A DNA stretch of 63,644 nt, the filler included, from Squatina squatina (taxonomy: Eukaryota), in assembly GCA_031763465.1 (NCBI GenBank). It is 4 parts of 4 records of this genome, joined end to end, with 100 filler letters (N's around TTAATTAATTAA, not from the genome) between each part and the next. Parts side by side here need not be neighbours in the genome. Positions count along the whole stretch, not along the records: positions 49,948 to 63,644 come from JARFOE010000121.1; 3 more parts are not named here. One strand, 5' to 3'. Both the position numbers and the translations under genes were made by a program. Within the stretch, counting starts at the first letter, position 1. Every line of letters begins with the position of its first letter. The notes below the pieces were generated by a model. That model ran no database searches and was not told where the DNA came from. It worked only from the letters and a program-made list of their open reading frames with translations. Below are positions 52,001-63,644 of this stretch, piece after piece.

Positions 52001-54284
52001 NNNNNNNNNNNNNNNNNNNNNNNNNNNNNNNNNNNNNNNNNNNNNNNNNNNNNNNNNNNNNNNNNNNNNNNNNNNNNNNNNNNNNNNNNNNNNNNNNNNN
52101 GGCCGAATGGCCTACTCCTACACCTATTTTCTATGTTTCTATGTTTCTAATGTCAGTCGAATGCAGGCATCCCAAAGTCATCTCATGAAAAGAGATTACT
52201 TCTACAGAAAATGTGAACGGGGGAAGGCCATTCAGCCCACTGAATCTGCATTGGCATAGCCACTCTTTTTACTCCCAATTCCCTGCCCTTTCTCCATATC
52301 CTTTAGTGTCCTTACTTCCCAAGTAATTATCTAGCTCCCTTTAAATACCTCAATTGATTCCACATCAAAGGCTCTGGGGCAGTACATTCTACCTTCTCAC
52401 AATACTTCGTGTGAAGAAACTGGTAACTGTTTTGGGCTGTAGGCTGTGCAATACAAATCAGTAAAACACTTACGGTTGCCAAACTTGTTTAATTGAGTAG
52501 AAATGTCCATTTACTTACAGCCGAAATCAAGGTATTGACATTACAGAACATGGCAGCATTGTCGAGGAGATTGCCAGGCAACGCGAGTCAAACAGATCAG
52601 TGTCTGGGGTATTGGTTACAATGACACAATACTAATGTCAAAACACTTTCAGGGTGTGCCATCTACCTGACACAAGCAGCAACTTTATACTTGAATTGGC
52701 CAAGTCCCATTTTCAGAGGGCCAAGTTAATTTTATTTGATCACATACGCGAAGAAGTACAAAAGGCTCTGAAATAAATTGGTGCTGTGTTGATTAACTCC
52801 TTCAAAAGAAGAACTGGGATAAATATTTGGTTATAAATATAACTGGGGGCTACCGAGATCATCTAATACTTCATGGGACATGGTGGTTCCCGTGACCGAC
52901 GGAAGGTAATCTGTGGAAAGCAGCCACCCAAGGTTACATTGCATTACGTAGAATGTTCAGTACAGAAAGGGCCCATCCAGTCCAACTGGTCCATGCCGNN
53001 NNNNNNNNNNNNNNNNNNNNNNNNNNNNNNNNNNNNNNNNNNNNNNNNNNNNNNNNNNNNNNNNNNNNNNNNNNNNNNNNNNNNNNNNNNNNNNNNNNAT
53101 TGGAGGAACGTAGAGATCTCAGAGGGCTGCAGGGCTGGAGGAGGTTACAGAGATAGGGAGGGGCGATTTAACAATCAGTTTTGAAGGATACAGTTGAAGC
53201 TTTGTTCTCTTACCACTCTTTAAACATTTACCCTGATGGAGGACACCTATGTTTGCTTGCATAAAAAAACAGTCACCGCACTCCCTCAAATGATTGGTTG
53301 CACAAAGCGCTTTGAGAAATTTCCACGATGTGTTGAGGAGCTATATAATCCTCTGAGATGATTATCTTCACCTTTGTTTGTTTGGTGAAGGCTAAAGGTT
53401 AAATGTGTGCAGAAATCTCACTTGGAGTGACTGCACGCCTACTGAGAGACCCTTAATGCCCCCTGATGTTCTACCAGGCTGTCAGAACATTATCCTGGCG
53501 TGTCAATTACAGGGTGAAACTGACAAAAGCTACGGGAAAAAAATAGGACAGAAATAAATCAGCGATTGTTTGAATGTCGACAGATATTTGCATATTGGTC
53601 ACAATTAATCAACTACGCTGAGGGACAAGCTAATTCAAAAGGCATCGTCCTTTTGTGTTGTGGTATAAAGGATTGTGACATTTATAAATGTGCCTGCGGT
53701 TGTTAAGTGTTAAAAGTATTGCAAAGCTGCCTCCTCAGGTACTCAGAGATAGCCAGGTCGGGACATTCAAAGGAGGTAGGCAATTCTCTGCGAAAATGTG
53801 CTATTATAACAGAACTGCTTGCTGTGAAATGGTTTAATATCTNNNNNNNNNNNNNNNNNNNNNNNNNNNNNNNNNNNNNNNNNNNNNNNNNNNNNNNNNN
53901 NNNNNNNNNNNNNNNNNNNNNNNNNNNNNNNNNNNNNNNNNNTTAGAGGCCATTCGGATGGCCTGTCTAAATTGGGGCACCTTAATTCGACCCAGGATTA
54001 GAAAGCGCTGGTCTTCCTCCGTTCTCTCTTATCAATAGTGTGTGTACAGCGAATCAATATTGAAAGATAATAAAGTTCCTACTCTCTTTTGAGCCCTGCA
54101 ACACTGTGTATTGTGTGTGTTCATCTACAACGCTCTCACAAAACGTCCATTTGCCTTTCAGTCCTTGTTACACGAACCACCAGACAGCCAATGGCTCTCT
54201 GCCTATACATAAAGGTACAAGTGTCCGGGTCGCTGTCGATCGCACAGGCAGACTCCAGGTTGGGCAGGAGTGTGTGCGACTTAC

Positions 54285-54445
54285 ACTGGTCATTATCGCA
54301 TTGTTGTTTGTGGGAGCTTGCTGTGCGCAAATTGGGCTGCTGCATTTCCTACATTACAACAGTGACTACACTCCAAAAGTATTTCAGTGGCTGTAAAGCA
54401 CTTTGGGACACCCTAAGGTCATGAAAGGTGCTATAGAAATGCAAT
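54285..54445 (+). mobile_element. DeuSINE 3' tail
   Basis: ctggtcattatcgcattgttgtttgtgggagcttgctgtgcgcaaattgg...gaaaggtgctatagaaatgcaa. Confidence 0.8.
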
Positions 54446-54709
54446 TTATCTTCCTTTCTTTTTACAATGGCTGTACTAAGAAGTATGAAAATAGCAACAA
54501 GCCCCTTCAGTTAAATGATTTACTCAAAATAGTTTTGAAAGTCAGGAAAAAAAATAATATTATGTTTCCTTGACAACTATGGCTCCCGTGTGCTTGTAAA
54601 AGACTCAGCTTTGTAGCCAGAGTTTCTACTCATCCACCAAAAGCTATTTACTGCCCCATAAAGCCTTCAGTGTATATCATCACTGAGTTTCAGCGCTGGA
54701 CAAGAAGCT

Positions 54710-54852
54710 AATGGATTGCTTTATAAACAAAAAATGTTGCAAAAACTCAGCAGGTCAGACAGCATCTGTGGAGAGAAAAACAGAGTCCACGTTTCGGGTC
54801 GATGACCCTTCGCATTCGCAGTATTTTGCTTTTGTATCAATGGATTGCTTTA
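54710..54852 (-). mobile_element. Short Penelope-like insertion flanked by a 14-bp direct repeat
   Basis: AATGGATTGCTTTA at 54710-54723 and 54839-54852. The insert is the reverse complement of about 14880-14970, plus a short inverted terminus. Confidence 0.8.
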
Positions 54853-54927
54853 GCTGTTTAACTTCGGAATCTTGCTCTAAACAAATGTTGAGGAGCGTGC
54901 GAGTTAGTGGCCACTGCAACTTATACT

Positions 54928-55200
54928 GGGAACATAGGAACAGGAATAGGCCATTCAGCCTCTCCAGCCTGCTCCACCATTCGACTAGATCAGCACCTCA
55001 ACTCCACTTACCCACCTTAGCTCCATATCCCTCGATCCCCTTACCCAGCAAAAACCTATCGATCTCAGTCTTGAAAGCTTCAATTGTCCCTGCATCCACA
55101 GCCCTTTGGGGAAGAGAATTCCACATTTCTGCTACCCATTGTGTGCAAAAGTGTTTCCTGATTTGCCTCCTAAATTGCTTGGCTCTAGGTTTAAGATTAT
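54928..55200 (-). mobile_element. CR1 LINE 3' end
   Basis: gaacataggaacaggaataggccattcagcc tail and acagccctttggggaagagaattcca. Confidence 0.8.
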
Positions 55201-57514
55201 GACGTACTTTAGATTGATCACAATTTTGTTAGTGTTGGTTTGTAAAAGTGGCCCTGATAAGAAGACTCCCTCTCGAAGTAAATATTCCCATTGACTAAAG
55301 GCAGCAGAGACCAGGAAATATAAATCTCTGTGTTATTCTATACACAAATGACCTATTGATTAGCCATTTATGTGCGAGCTGCTCATAATCCTTATGTGAC
55401 TTCAAGATCCCAGGATCTATCCAAAATGAGTTTGACCGACAGGCTAATTACTGAATTACCCTGTCCATTTTAAGAATACATCATGTGGAAATCTCTCCCA
55501 CTTAAGGGCCAGGTCTCATTTACAATCCCATTACAGACATCCTGAGGAGGACCTGCTTTCCCTTCAATGACAAGTAGTCTTGGCTTGCAGTTAAGTAAAG
55601 GGGCCAATGACGGTCAGTTAGCAGCATTGCCAATAACCAAACTGCATTTCTCAGCCACACTTAGTATTGGTTGGAGACTCTGCTGTGTTTCAGGCTTTTT
55701 TTTCTCCTTTTGATTTGCAGCTGGCTGATTGCAATCCTATCCCAATTAAACCCCCTCTTTGGTCCACAATTGAAAAATGAAACAGTCTGGTACTTGTACT
55801 ACCAGTGGCCCTGAATTCATCAGCAAATACCTTTCTTTGGAGATCAGGTGAGCTTTTTGAGGAGAACATAAATTCATTCTAACAGAGCTGTGTGGTTTTA
55901 GAAAGTGTAGTTTATTCAGTGTAGACAGTACTAATATTTCTGAGCTGAGTAATGACCTTGGCATTTGTTTTAAGGTCTGGCATTGTGCCCAGCTTTTGTA
56001 TTTGGATAAAACTGGTGTAAGCTTTTAGGTATTGCATTTGAACTCAAATTGAAGCCCAAAATGTAAAGTTTCAGACTAATGCTGATTCTTGTATTCATCA
56101 TCACCTAGTTTAGAATTGGCACAGATTTGCATTTAAATTTATATCTGATCCTATGGGATGTGAAGCTGTGGTTTTATGCTATGAGTTGTATAATCAGGCA
56201 GTAAGGGGTAGGAAAACAAAAATAGATGCAGCTGCTTCGCCTTCCTGTATAATGCTTTCCCTTACTACAACTTGCTATTGCCATAAATAATTCACAATTA
56301 AGTGAGGGGGGAAACGTATTACTGCGCAAGTGAAATGTGCAGGTGGGGTAGGAAGAGAATGTTCATTACACAGGAGTGGTTGGGGCAGAGCCCATTGCAT
56401 CTTTTAAGGGAAAATGGACATCATCTCTGTGGCCACATTCCACTTAATTTAGAGAGATGATTGAAGGACAAAAATCAACGGTTATGGGTAAAAGAAATGT
56501 TCTTGAATGGACAGATGCGCTAAGTGGTATTCTACAGGGCTTGTGTTGGGACTGCTCTTATTTACTATATACATAAATGATATGGATTTAGGAATTAAGG
56601 GATCAATATTAAAATATGTAAATAACAGCAAATTTTGCATGTGGCAAACATTGACGCAGGTTGTGAAAGACTAGAAGGGCATAAATAAGGTCACTGGTTG
56701 GACAGACAGGTGGCAGATGCATGTTTCCTGTAGATAAAAGGGGAAATGATACATTTCAAAAGTAAGAATTGGAAACAATACACTTTGAAGAATATGTAAA
56801 TACAGTAAAAGAGCAGTGACCATGCAGCAAGACAGGTTGTTAAAGATGGTCGTGCGAGTTGATAAGTCCACAAAAAGGCCAAACACAATCCTTGTTTTTG
56901 TATACTGTGTGATTATTTGCATGGCGTTTTTGACTCTTACTGCGCAGGCGCAGCACAGTGTGGTAGCTGCAGCATGCACTGCCACGCTTTCCTTGGCTCC
57001 ANNNNNNNNNNNNNNNNNNNNNNNNNNNNNNNNNNNNNNNNNNNNNNNNNNNNNNNNNNNNNNNNNNNNNNNNNNNNNNNNNNNNNNNNNNNNNNNNNNN
57101 NATCTCCACAAACCCATTGAGTGTACAATGTTTTTCACCACGATGTGGTCAGGTTGTGTAAAGGGCGTGTCCCTTCCTCTCTTTTGATGCGTATGCCTTT
57201 TGCATCTGAAAGGTGCTGGTTTCTGTTGAATTCTTGTTGTGCGTTTAATAAAAGCTTTTTTGTGGTTTACTGGAGCCTGTCTGTCTGTCCCTTAATTCTG
57301 TAGTGTCCATCTTGTAAAACTTAAACCACCATTTTAGTGTCCATTCTGGGGGCAAAATGAGAATTCTAGCCCAAATTCTACATACTTTTGTGTTCTGGAA
57401 TTGTGACTGCTGGGAATTGGAATGAGATCTGTCTTAAACTCAAAGGAGTAGATTTTGACTTTGTGCGATAGTGTGAAATGGGTGATAGCAAATTGGCAGC
57501 TTGTTTTATATCGA

Positions 57515-57870
57515 ATCTTACAGCACAGTAGGAGGCCATTCGGCCCATTGTGCCTGTGCCGGCGCTTTGAAAGAGCTGTCCAATTAGTCCCAGCTCCCCC
57601 TGCTCTTTCCTCATAGCCCTGCAAATTTTTCCTTTTCAAGTATTTATCCGGTTCCTCTTTTGAAAGTTATTATTGAGTCTGCTTCCACCACCTTTTCAGG
57701 CAGCGCGTTCCAGATCACAACCAACTTGCTGTGTAAAACAAATTCTCACCTCCCCTCTGATTCTCAATTACCTTCAATCTGTGTCCTCTGGTTACTGACC
57801 CTCCTGCCAGTGGAAACAGTTTCTGCTTATTTACTCAATCAAAACCCTTCATAATTTCGAGCAGCTCTAT
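57515..57870 (-). mobile_element. CR1 LINE 3' fragment
   Basis: Highly similar to 39510-39880. Confidence 0.8.
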
Positions 57871-59157
57871 TTATACAAGTGAGGGAGGATTCCAACGGCA
57901 GAGCAGGAACAGCAATGAGGAAATTTCGGGCCAATGTTTAATACAAATTCATCTTACCAAGGGGGAACACAGTCAGGATTCGAGCAAGCCTCCAAATCAC
58001 ATTTCCCAGTTTGAATACTGAGTATTAGAAATGCAATTTGCTGCAAGTATTATAAGCTTACCAATGAACGACAGCATCTCGCAGGATTAAACAGCGCATG
58101 GCAGAGAGGGGGAAATAAATGGAATGATATGCAGTTATTAACACAGCCCAGTTAGAGTTTGAAGTATTTGATTAGACTGTGTCTCTCAGGTCTGAGGTTC
58201 GTATTTCTACTGATAGATTTTCTTTTCCCCCTCAGTCTTTTCATTTTCTGATTTACTGATGTCTTGTCAAACTAGCCAAAGGATTTGCAGGGATTACACA
58301 TTTTTTTTTCCAGGACAAGTCTCTTTGCTTAGGGGCAACTTTAATTATAACACACTGTCAATGCCCATTTTCAGAAAACAGCCCAGGGCCTTGAATATTT
58401 GCGCAGTTTTTTTTCCCCATCCTAATAAATATTTATATCTTAATACAGGAATAGAAAAACATTTATTAGTTTGGGATCTCATTTATTTTCTGTGTCGGGT
58501 CTCGACAGGCTACACTTCTTTTCCCCTCCATTTATTCTTTGCCATCTACTTGCTTAATTTCCTTCTGGAAGCTTCCGTCTGTTCCAATCTAGTCATACAC
58601 GATCTTTGAACGGGCTGTTTAGTCCATAAGGGAAGAAAATGAATTCATTTAACTTGCGTTGAGGGATCCTGCAGCCACGATTAGTCACCAGATTTCAAAC
58701 CTCATCAATTGGGCAGTTTATTAAGTGCAAGTTAATGGGCCCCTATTAATGGGAGCGCCCACTTAAATGGAGCCTTTTCTATTATCAGGCCGTGCTCGTT
58801 CAGTTGGGTTAAAGAAAAACTTGCTTTTATAGAGCACTTTTCAGGAACTCAGGATGTCCTAAAGCACTTTANNNNNNNNNNNNNNNNNNNNNNNNNNNNN
58901 NNNNNNNNNNNNNNNNNNNNNNNNNNNNNNNNNNNNNNNNNNNNNNNNNNNNNNNNNNNNNNNNNNNNNNNCCCCCGGGCTAGTTAGATTAACAAGCAGG
59001 AGGAGAGAGAAGAAAGCAAGTATCTGAGGAGCTTCACAGGGAATGGTGAAGGTCCACCATGAAGGGCCTTAACTGGTGCCTTCTGTTATTTCAAAACCTG
59101 ATAACTGGGTCCTTGACCCATGTATACCTACAAGGTACGGACGCTAGTCTTTAAGAC

Positions 59158-60298
59158 AAGCCCAATTGGTCGTTTAACACCAGTGCTAAATGGGCGCTAA
59201 ATGGGGTTGAATGCCCGTTTTCGGCACTAATTGCAACAACGCGAAATTGGTGTCAGGTTAACGCCGGCGATAAATAGGCGCTAATCGGGGAGTGCTGAAA
59301 ACGCAGCACTGGGCGTAAAATGGACTCGATGTCATCATCAGAGGGTGCAGTGCCCAAAATAGCTGCCCGCCTGTGAATTAGTCTCCCTTTATGAAGTGTT
59401 AAACGGGCGGTGATGGTGCCCGGTTATTTGGGTGTTGGCACCCGGACTGGAGGTATTTTTGGGCGCTATTTGAAGCGCGAGGAAGCCCCGACATTTTGAT
59501 GGTAAAAATCGCCGTTTCCACAGCTGATATTGCCTTGGCGGCATTGTGTGGGACTTGGAAAGGCCATGAGGAAGATTGTTTTTTGCCCTTGCCTCACCAA
59601 TTAACAATCGGGCTATTCGCCCACGGGGGCTGTACGAGCTCCACCGACTCGACAGTGGGTAGGTGAGGTAGAGGGACTGCCTCTTTTAGGTGCAGAGAGA
59701 GATGAGGGCACAACAAGAAGATGCCAGGCAGCTGGCATCACCAGCTGGTCAGCATCAGCACGCCCAGCGACCCCTTCACTCGCCACTGGTGTCACTGGTG
59801 GCACACGCCACAGCCCTGCATCGTCCTCCGAGAGGTCGGGCAGGAAGGTGACATCAAATGAGGTACAATCGGTGAGTCTTCAGATGCCAGTTCAGCAAGA
59901 CAGAGCGTGGGCTTTACCAATATAGCCGGCTTCCCGAGGGTGCGGGGTTCCATCAGTTATGTCTGCCATGCACAGNNNNNNNNNNAGCAGTTGACAAGAC
60001 AATCCCTCCTCACCCACCAACGATCTATGCTCTGACTGACCTAAGCAGTGCTTGTGTGTCCAGAACGAACCCCTTTAAGGGCTGAGCTGGCCTGACACTT
60101 GATAGCGGCGCCTTAGATCGGTTGCAGAATTGGTCTGCTCTAACCTGCAAAGTTCTATCAGTTCCGATCAAGGGCCGGTTAAGCCTGATTTTAGCACCAG
60201 TTTTTAAGCTGGCCAAAATAATTTTGTCTAAGAGACGAATTCTCCGGCTTAAAATAATGGTGCTAAACAGGCGCTAAAATTACAGATTTTGGTCCCAT
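59158..60298 (+). mobile_element. PIF/Harbinger-like DNA transposon remnant
   Basis: CpG-rich subterminal gcgctaa repeats at both ends and right end attttggtccc. Internal frame GFTNIAGFPRVRGSI (59910-59954) resembles the Harbinger/HARBI1 F..IAGFP.V.GAIDC motif. Confidence 0.65.
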
Positions 60299-60762
60299 AG
60301 CATCACAAACTTTAAAAAGACCAACTGGGCGCACCTCCTGTTTTCATTTCAGAGTCTCAGCAATTAGGGTTTTCTTTTCTTTTTATCTTCATTAGTTAAA
60401 TATTTATATCAATTCCAGATGGCCTATCCTGTTCTGTATACCCAGATAAAACTTTTGGGTCTACCTGGATGTAATTGTTTGCAATAGAGGCCGAGTTTTG
60501 TTTATAGAAGTTTACACAGCACAGTATTTCCTACTCCAGCCTGTGTAAAGCCTTGGGGAGACAAAAGGTTGAAGAGAAACAGATTGAGATGGCAGTAGTC
60601 TTGATGCTGGGGCCTCTGTGGATCTGGACTGACAGTAACATAATAAAGTCACTGGAGGGCATTTTTTGTTGTTCCTGCTGTTAACCCTGCGCTGTTCATC
60701 TGATTCTTTTGTGGGCCTCCTCGATTAAAGCTGCAACATCACAAAGTGAGAACCTTATGAGG

Positions 60763-60978
60763 TATGGTGGTGTAGTGGTTATGCTACCGGACTAGTAATC
60801 CAGAGGTTTGGAGTAATAATGCTCAGAACATGAGTTTAAATCCCACCCTCGCAGTTTGAGAACTTGAATTCAGTTTTGAAAAGTATCTGGAAATGAAAAA
60901 GCTGGCATTAGTAAAAGTGACCATGAAGCTATTGGATTGTTGTAAAACCCCAACCAGCTCACGAATCTTCTTCAGGGA
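60763..60978 (+). mobile_element. tRNA-like head of the same family as 18128/19182, uninterrupted
   Basis: ggtgtagtggttatgctaccggactagtaatccagagg...taataat...catgagtttaaatccc aligns with 18130-18179 joined to 19182-19345. Confidence 0.75.
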
Positions 60979-61078
60979 NNNNNNNNNNNNNNNNNNNNNN
61001 NNNNNNNNNNNNNNNNNNNNNNNNNNNNNNNNNNNNNNNNNNNNNNNNNNNNNNNNNNNNNNNNNNNNNNNNNNNNNN

Positions 61079-61390
61079 GTAACCTGCTCCAGCCCTACGA
61101 CCCTCCAAGATCTTTGCATTCCTTCAATTCTGACATCTTGCGTGCCCCCGATTTTAATTGCTTCACCATTGGTGGCTGTGCCTTCAGCTGCCTAGGCCCA
61201 AAGCTCTGGACGTCCCTCCCTAAACCTCTCTGCCTCTCTCCCTCTCTCTCCTTTATGGCGCACTTTATAAGCTACCTCTTTGACCAAGCCTGTCCTAATA
61301 TCTCCTTATGTGGCTCGGTGTCAAAATTTGTGAAGCGTCTTGGGACATTTTACTATGTTAAAGGCGCTATGTAAATACAAGTTGTTGTTG
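61079..61390 (+). mobile_element. L2 LINE 3' end
   Basis: TIGGCAFSCLGPKLWTSLPKPL..SYLFDQA; tail aaggcgctatgtaaatacaagttgttgttgttg. Confidence 0.8.
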
Positions 61391-62244
61391 TTGAATGCGT
61401 CTATGTTACTTGCCTCAACCACTCCACATTCTCACTGCTTTATTGTACTGCAAGCTTCAGGGTACCAGTTTCAAATCTCCGAGTCTTGCCGTGACATAAA
61501 GTATATTTCTCCAGCTGCTCGACTGAGTAAAGTAAAAGTGACGTATTAATGTCACATTTACCCCTCAAGCTGTGAAACAGGATCAATGCCAGTAATTAAA
61601 GTGCCCTGTTGTGAGCTATGAGCTGACGCAGCCACTTGTATCATGGTTAATAGACCATAGAACGTAGGTGAATTATGCATTCACTGAGTCTGCTGGCGAA
61701 GTGTGAGATTCATTCTACCTGAAATTCTCCAGAATGACAATCCAACAGAAAGGAAAGGAGTGAATCAGGAAACAGATTTTCCATTCTTCTTACTCTAAAG
61801 GATGCCTCCGGATATTGTGCTAACACTGAGTTTTGTTCAATTACGGACAACACAACCCATTTTTAAGAGGACCCTCCCTACCCAGAGATTCAAGGGGAGA
61901 GACTGAGACCATGTAGTTAGAGTCGGGCCNNNNNNNNNNNNNNNNNNNNNNNNNNNNNNNNNNNNNNNNNNNNNNNNNNNNNNNNNNNNNNNNNNNNNNN
62001 NNNNNNNNNNNNNNNNNNNNNNNNNNNNNATGCTCCCAACGAGCCCCCTCCCACAAAATTTGTACACAGCGAAATCACAAAACAGCAATTAGGTGAGTGA
62101 CTCGTGAAATATATGTGGGTAGAACAGATGAGGGACAGAGACACCATGAGTTGCTTGTCCATGTGCTGGCTTTACTAGGCAGGAGTGAACTAAGCATGTT
62201 CATACCAACCATGTGACACACCATGTGATAATACATTACAACTG

Positions 62245-62710
62245 GTAAATTTGCTTTTGATGGTGTTGGTTGAGGGAAGAATGTTCGTCAAACCATCGGG
62301 AGAACTCTTCTTTAAATAGTGCTGTGAGGTCTTTAACATCCACTTAAGCCACTACAACAGGGAGACAGAGCCATGTCTCATCCCAAGGATGGCACCTCTG
62401 ACAATGCAGCATTCCCTCAGTACTAGATTATGTGTTGAAGTTCTATGGACCTATGGCTCCCAAAACTCTCAACCACTGGGGGCTTTCCCCACCTCATGTC
62501 TGTGTCTGTTGTAGACCAATTGAGAGAGTCTGATTGCCATGGTTACAGACTAACTCCATTATCGTTGTATGTGCGACTGCCAGGATGGTAGAAGGCAAAT
62601 TGATGGACCTTGGTCTTCTTAACGTCTGGCGGTTCCTATGTTCTGAATGGGGCTTGAAGCCGCAAGCTTCTGACTCAGACAAGAGTGTCACCAACTGAGC
62701 CACACCACAG
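62245..62710 (-). mobile_element. DeuSINE interrupted by a + strand CR1-type tail (about 62445-62644)
   Basis: Deu-like body 62260-62440 and head gcttctgactcagacaagagtgtcaccaactgagccac at 62665-62703; the insert ends gatggacc...ttcctatgttct. Confidence 0.6.
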
Positions 62711-63644
62711 AAAAGGAACAATCAGCAACACTCTGGTATATGCGACAGCCCTACCCTGGTGGAAGATGGAAATAAGGCAATGTCACGCACAGTGGTTTTC
62801 ACAAAGCACTTGAGGCTGAGTGGCTCTTCACAGGGATGATGAGATTCCCTATTTCATCAGAACAGTAACCAGCCTGAAATGCAGAAGAAAGACCAAACAT
62901 TTTTCATTCATATCGAGCCTTTGTACATCTCTCAGGAACATCTCACGGACCTGCATGTACAGTGAATCACCTAAAGCCGAGAACTGAAATGAGACACATC
63001 AAAATGATGGAGGTTACCTGTGAAAATGGACTGTATTCCTGCTACGGTACGCTTGCATTTTCAAGATAAAATGACATTGTAAAAGGAGTTTCAGAGGCTG
63101 TTCATCATTCTGCATATGCATTAAAAGATATGAAACTTCTCACTATTGTTTCATTGTATAGGTTTACGTATTATGATCGTTTTTTTAGATACTTTAAAGG
63201 TTCATAATGTATAACTTCATAGTAAAACTTACTCAGACGACAGACAGGCACATCCTTCAAGAAAAGAGGGACATGAAAAAAAGTTAATGGAGCGTTGTTT
63301 AAGTTTCTCCAGCAAAAGTAAACATGTCCATCAACCTGTGAGATTACTGATTTAACACCTACTCTATGGACCATCCAATGGAGTGGCAGGGCCGAGCATA
63401 ATCGGCACCATCCATTAAAAGCATCAAGCAGCCATTAAAAGCATCAAGCAGCCATTTAATCCTCTGCCATTGAACACGGGAGCCCAGTGCAACTGCTTAA
63501 CCAAGCGTCTTTCATAGACGAGAACCTGTCACCAGTTTGGCCAACACATGACTCCAGTCCCCCACTCGAAGCTCCATCAGTTATGAATATATTCCGGTTT
63601 TACAGTGAGGATGGCTTCATAGGAACATAGGAACAGGGGAAGCC

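Noticed and set aside
54089-54424. ORFs with an acceptor-like site near 54160
   Set aside because: No recognisable protein, weak donors, and the 3' half is a SINE tail.
63412-63456. 20-bp tandem duplication ccattaaaagcatcaagcag
   Set aside because: A simple local duplication with no further structure.
14760-63644. Upstream TRIM33 exons (PHD/bromodomain)
   Set aside because: None recognised; the scaffold carrying the last exon ends at 14659.

Overview
Eukaryotic (vertebrate) genomic DNA. The repeat inventory (CR1 and L2 LINEs, DeuSINE/SacSINE1-like SINEs, Penelope-like and Harbinger-like remnants) points to a cartilaginous fish, probably a shark; this is inference. The assembly is gappy. Three artificial linkers (44 N + TTAATTAATTAA + 44 N) suggest four concatenated, probably unrelated scaffolds: 1-14659, 14760-33200, 33301-49847 and 49948-63644. 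The only confidently recognised host coding sequence is the terminal coding exon of TRIM33 (minus strand, 13547-13762), followed by a repeat-poor putative 3' UTR. Scaffold 2 is a dense stack of nested retroelements with a possible decayed ITIM-receptor (Siglec-like) tail. The most interesting signals are a hammerhead-ribozyme core in Penelope-like repeats, a LINE family that seems to carry a tRNA-like Pol III head and has an internally deleted short partner, a HARBI1-like motif in a Harbinger remnant, and an isolated 22-nt candidate microexon. I found no convincing new multi-gene system. Repeat boundaries were estimated by eye and are approximate.
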